A stretch of 40,896 nt of DNA from a bacterium (GTDB lineage: Bacteria; Margulisbacteria; WOR-1; O2-12-FULL-45-9): assembly GCA_043816125.1 (NCBI GenBank), contig JBDRIF010000068.1:1-40896 (forward strand), given 5' to 3'. The notes under the pieces are model-generated. The model made no database searches. It had not been told where the DNA came from and saw nothing but the letters and a program-made list of their open reading frames with translations. The translations under genes were made by a program, and so were the position numbers. Of this stretch, positions 37,910 through 40,896 are shown piece after piece; positions within the stretch are counted from its first letter, which is position 1; every line of letters begins with the position of its first letter.

Positions 37910-39202
37910 ATGATCGATAGATATACGCTACCAAGGATGAAAGAGATCTGGTCCGAGGAACACAAATTCCGCACCTGGTTGGAGGTTGAGGTCGCGGCTT
38001 GTGAGGCCTGGCATAAATTAGGAAAAATCCCCGGTTCAGCAATAAATAACATCAGAAAGAAGGCCGATTTCTCTCTCAAACGGATCGATGAGATCGAAAA
38101 AAAGGTCGATCACGATGTTATTGCATTTTTAACAGCGGTATCAGAAAAAGTCGGCAACGATTCCCGCTTTATCCACATGGGCTTAACTTCTTCAGATGTT
38201 GTCGATACCTCCGGCTCATTACTGATGAGAGATGCGATCGATATCATTATCGGAGATATCAACGATTTTATTAAGATCTTGAAGAAGATGGCCAAGAAGT
38301 ACGCCGCTACGATCATGATGGGGAGATCACACGGTGTTCATGCCGAACCGATGACTTTGGGACTCAAGTTTGCTCTCTGGATGAAAGAGATGGAGAGGAA
38401 CAAAGAACGGGCTTTAAGAGCTAGAGATACTATTAACGTCGGTCAGATCTCCGGCGCGGTCGGCACATACTCCAATCTCGATCCGAGAATTGAGACACTG
38501 ACCTGCAAAACATTAGGCTTAACACCGACCGAAATCTCCAATCAGGTCATACAACGCGACCGCCATGCCGAATTCATGACAACGCTGGCTATTGTCGCTG
38601 CAACATTAGAAAAAATCGCCTTAGAAGTCCGCGGCTTACAGAAAACAGAGATTGGTGAAGTTGAAGAACCGTTTAAAAAGGGACAAAAAGGCTCATCCGC
38701 TATGCCGCACAAGAAGAATCCAATTACTTGTGAAAGAATTTGCGGTTTAGCCCGTGTCGTTAGAGGGAATGCGATGGTCGCCTTAGAAAACGTCGCTCTT
38801 TGGCACGAGCGTGATATCAGTCATTCTTCAACCGAGCGGATGATTATTCCCGATAGCACAAGTTTAGTCGACTACATGCTGCACAAGATGAGCTGGGTAA
38901 TTGACAACCTGGTTGTTCATCCAAAAAAGATGGCAGAGAATATCGAGAAATCACAAGGTTTAACTTTCTCTCAGAGACTTCTTATTGCTTTAGTGGAGAA
39001 GGGATTGACCAGAGAAGAGTCATATCAAATCGTTCAAGCGGCTGCCATGCACGCTCGAACTACCGGCAAGCACTTAAAAGATGTTATATTAGCTTCCAAA
39101 GACGCGACAAATAAACTTTCTACAGAAGAGATCGAGAAAGTTTTTGATATAAAGCATTATTTGCGCAATGTGCCGGGGATTTTTAAGAGATTGGGATTAT
39201 AG
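37910..39202 (+). CDS. purB: adenylosuccinate lyase
   Basis: 430 aa with the fumarate-lyase signature GSSAMPHKKNP and a typical PurB N-terminus (RYTLPRMKEIWSEE). SD AGGGGGAG lies upstream. Confidence 0.95.
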   Translation: MIDRYTLPRMKEIWSEEHKFRTWLEVEVAACEAWHKLGKIPGSAINNIRKKADFSLKRIDEIEKKVDHDVIAFLTAVSEKVGNDSRFIHMGLTSSDVVDTSGSLLMRDAIDIIIGDINDFIKILKKMAKKYAATIMMGRSHGVHAEPMTLGLKFALWMKEMERNKERALRARDTINVGQISGAVGTYSNLDPRIETLTCKTLGLTPTEISNQVIQRDRHAEFMTTLAIVAATLEKIALEVRGLQKTEIGEVEEPFKKGQKGSSAMPHKKNPITCERICGLARVVRGNAMVALENVALWHERDISHSSTERMIIPDSTSLVDYMLHKMSWVIDNLVVHPKKMAENIEKSQGLTFSQRLLIALVEKGLTREESYQIVQAAAMHARTTGKHLKDVILASKDATNKLSTEEIEKVFDIKHYLRNVPGIFKRLGL

Positions 39203-39207
39203 ACCCC

Positions 39208-39236
39208 AAAGGCCTATAGGCCCATAGGCCTTTAGG
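39208..39236. repeat. AGGCCT-core palindromic element after purB
   Basis: aaaggcctat-aggccc-ataggccttt(agg). It is 27/29 identical to the core of the element at 37864-37892. Confidence 0.75.
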
Positions 39237-39384
39237 CCCAATATTTACCGTCGACAAATACACAAGAGTTAGCTAGGCTAGGGTGCATTTCCAATATTAA
39301 CGTCGCGCAGAGGGCGTTTATTCAGGGCTGCGAATGCAAGTTTCACCTCATTTACTCCGATTAAAGATACAACAGGAGTAAATT

Positions 39385-40332
39385 ATGACACAAATAGACA
39401 AACCGATGACTCCGCCGCAATTTCGACCCGAAACAGTTGGGCAATCAATAAAAGTTACTACCGATCCAACCGAAAATACCCACGCGGCATCCTTTATGAG
39501 TGTGCTATTTAAGAAAGTTAACAGAGCCGAAAAAAAATCTCCGAGCGACGGGGTCGGGGCTGTAACGCGAAATAACCGACCCGAGATCGTTTCGCTAAAA
39601 AGTATCACCAGATTAAAAGTTCCCAATCTCCTTCAGGGCCATAACGAAAGCGGTCCGACAGCGCTGGCAATGTGTTTGGCCAACCTGGGGATCAATAATG
39701 TCGATCAGCATACACTATTCCCATCTTCAACATTTTCACACGATCTGGGCAAATTAAAGAGCAAAGCCGAAGAGTACGGCTTAATAGTTAGAATTCAGAA
39801 TAATGGTTCGCTGGAAGACCTGGACAAAGCAGTGAAAAACGGCATTGCGCCGATAGTGCTCGGCACCCATTACGGGCGCGAACCTGTCACTAATCAATTA
39901 GATGGTAATTATGTAATGGAATATGGCGAGAGTTCGGACTGGATGACAGTCACCGGGACAGAATGCGATGAAAGTGGTCAAGTAACTTATGTCTATTGCA
40001 ATGTCCCCAACAGAAGCAAACCACAACGCTGGTCGGCGAATGATTTTAGAGACAATTATTGGCAAAAAAATATCATTCCCGGAGGCAATTGTACCTATTT
40101 GGCTATTGCCAGAAAGCCTCGAGAAGGGGATGAATTCAAGATATCTCAAGGATATAACTATTTAACCAAAGACTTCAAGGAAGACAGAGTTACAGGCGAA
40201 TTTTTACACAATGTAAACAGAATAAAAGCCTGGTCAAAGGCTATTTACTTTGGCGAAAAGTCGGCCAATGATATTGCTTCTGCGCTGATCAATGCGGCCC
40301 AAGCGACAAGAACACTAATTAATGCAGTTTAG
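39385..40332 (+). CDS. peptidase C39-like (papain-fold) domain protein with Ser at the nucleophile position
   Basis: 315 aa with SD AGGAG upstream. VPNLLQGHNESGPTALAMCLANLG matches the C39-like Q-x4-C-G-P-T-x-L-A-M pattern except Cys is replaced by Ser. The assignment is by eye. Confidence 0.45.
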   Translation: MTQIDKPMTPPQFRPETVGQSIKVTTDPTENTHAASFMSVLFKKVNRAEKKSPSDGVGAVTRNNRPEIVSLKSITRLKVPNLLQGHNESGPTALAMCLANLGINNVDQHTLFPSSTFSHDLGKLKSKAEEYGLIVRIQNNGSLEDLDKAVKNGIAPIVLGTHYGREPVTNQLDGNYVMEYGESSDWMTVTGTECDESGQVTYVYCNVPNRSKPQRWSANDFRDNYWQKNIIPGGNCTYLAIARKPREGDEFKISQGYNYLTKDFKEDRVTGEFLHNVNRIKAWSKAIYFGEKSANDIASALINAAQATRTLINAV

Positions 40333-40479
40333 GCCTCGATAGGGTGCCGAATAATTTCGCTTGATTACGCTAAAAACTCCTATTCGTCACCCCTTATCAA
40401 CTTGACATAAGATATATTATGCGACGTTAGCCTTGATTGAAAAAACGCGGTTTTTAGTCCCCTGCTCACTACTATATGT

Positions 40480-40896
40480 CTAAAATATGCGGTCTGGTGA
40501 AGGCCTGACCTGAATCCCGATAGTTACGTTTCTATCTCCGGGATTAAGCAGATCGTCGCCGGTAACAAGGAAGTCGATATATTCTTGCCAATAGTACTCA
40601 TAACCGAGGCGCATTTTGGGCCACAAACGATTTGTGACAGCACCAACCGTTTCTTCATTATTAATATCATAGACATCGGTCCGATACATAACCTTTTCGG
40701 TTGGGAAAAAGGTCAATCCACCACCTAATTGATTATTGATCACACCAAGCCGAAAACCCCAGGCATTGGAGACCTTTGAGTTAAATAAGACATCCAAAAG
40801 GCCTAAACGTCTGGTAGGGCCCTCCCCCATGCCGAGGCGAAAATAGCGGTTCTCATCTTGAATGATATCAACATTCCCCTTAACCGCATTAGCCGT
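40480..40896 (-). CDS. hypothetical protein, C-terminal part, possibly an outer-membrane beta-barrel; 5' end lies outside the window
   Basis: The frame is open from the window edge. It shows alternating hydrophobic/polar segments, aromatic-rich strands and a terminal Phe (…PSPDRIF). Confidence 0.35.
   Translation of the reverse strand, partial: TANAVKGNVDIIQDENRYFRLGMGEGPTRRLGLLDVLFNSKVSNAWGFRLGVINNQLGGGLTFFPTEKVMYRTDVYDINNEETVGAVTNRLWPKMRLGYEYYWQEYIDFLVTGDDLLNPGDRNVTIGIQVRPSPDRIF

Noticed and set aside
39278-40347. The 8-mer tagggtgc occurs on both sides of the C39-like gene (39279-39286 and 40340-40347), which could be insertion-site direct repeats
   Set aside because: An 8-mer is expected to recur by chance about once in 41 kb on two strands. 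The flanking sequence does not extend the match, and no recombinase is nearby.
40333-40479. TTGACA and TATATT-like hexamers plus an AT-rich hairpin (aaaaac-gcg-gttttt) in the gap after the C39-like gene
   Set aside because: The hexamers are only 5 nt apart, so they do not form a promoter. The gap lies between convergent genes. The hairpin is weak and at best a minor bidirectional terminator.

Overview
About 41 kb of a moderately AT-rich (roughly 45% GC by eye) bacterial chromosome, densely coding and mostly housekeeping. I cannot assign the lineage from sequence alone. I saw no rRNA, tRNA, CRISPR array, transposase or integrase.

Gene order:
- a partial MDR dehydrogenase
- groES-groEL behind a perfect CIRCE operator
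- a Thr/Ser-linker beta-propeller lipoprotein
- nusA-infB-rbfA plus a DHH phosphoesterase
- an antisense NagB-like gene
- truB-ligA plus a deacetylase
- a hexose-phosphate island on both strands (pgi, pgm, pfkA, a predicted PPi-dependent pfp, fba, tpiA)
- a small AlbA_2/wHTH protein
- comFC, then hpf-secA-prfB
- an orphan paralog cluster
- a cell-wall polymer module (polytopic membrane protein plus a fused CsaB-TagA)
- purC-ispG-purB
- a C39-like protein whose nucleophile Cys is replaced by Ser
- a partial beta-barrel-like ORF

The best candidate for something undescribed is a four-gene minus-strand operon (16247-21090) inside the glycolytic island. It is built around a divergent YvcK/GlmR-CofD family protein. 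Its partners are two proteins sharing an unrecognised ~50-aa helical repeat (six copies), TPR segments, and an acidic orphan. The usual rapZ and whiA partners are absent.

Other sequence-level observations:
- Two families of short palindromic repeats each have one copy translated in-frame as an interdomain linker (the ligA HhH-BRCT linker and the csaB-tagA junction).
- A TGnTATAAT-N7-9-ATG architecture recurs and implies leaderless mRNAs, including a 37-bp divergent intergenic region.
- A consensus promoter is followed directly by a terminator in the nusA leader.
- NusA carries an IF2_N-like C-terminal domain that duplicates the first domain of the overlapping infB.
- A perfect 30-nt palindrome sits in the tpiA operon leader.

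All domain calls come from motif recognition by eye, not database searches.
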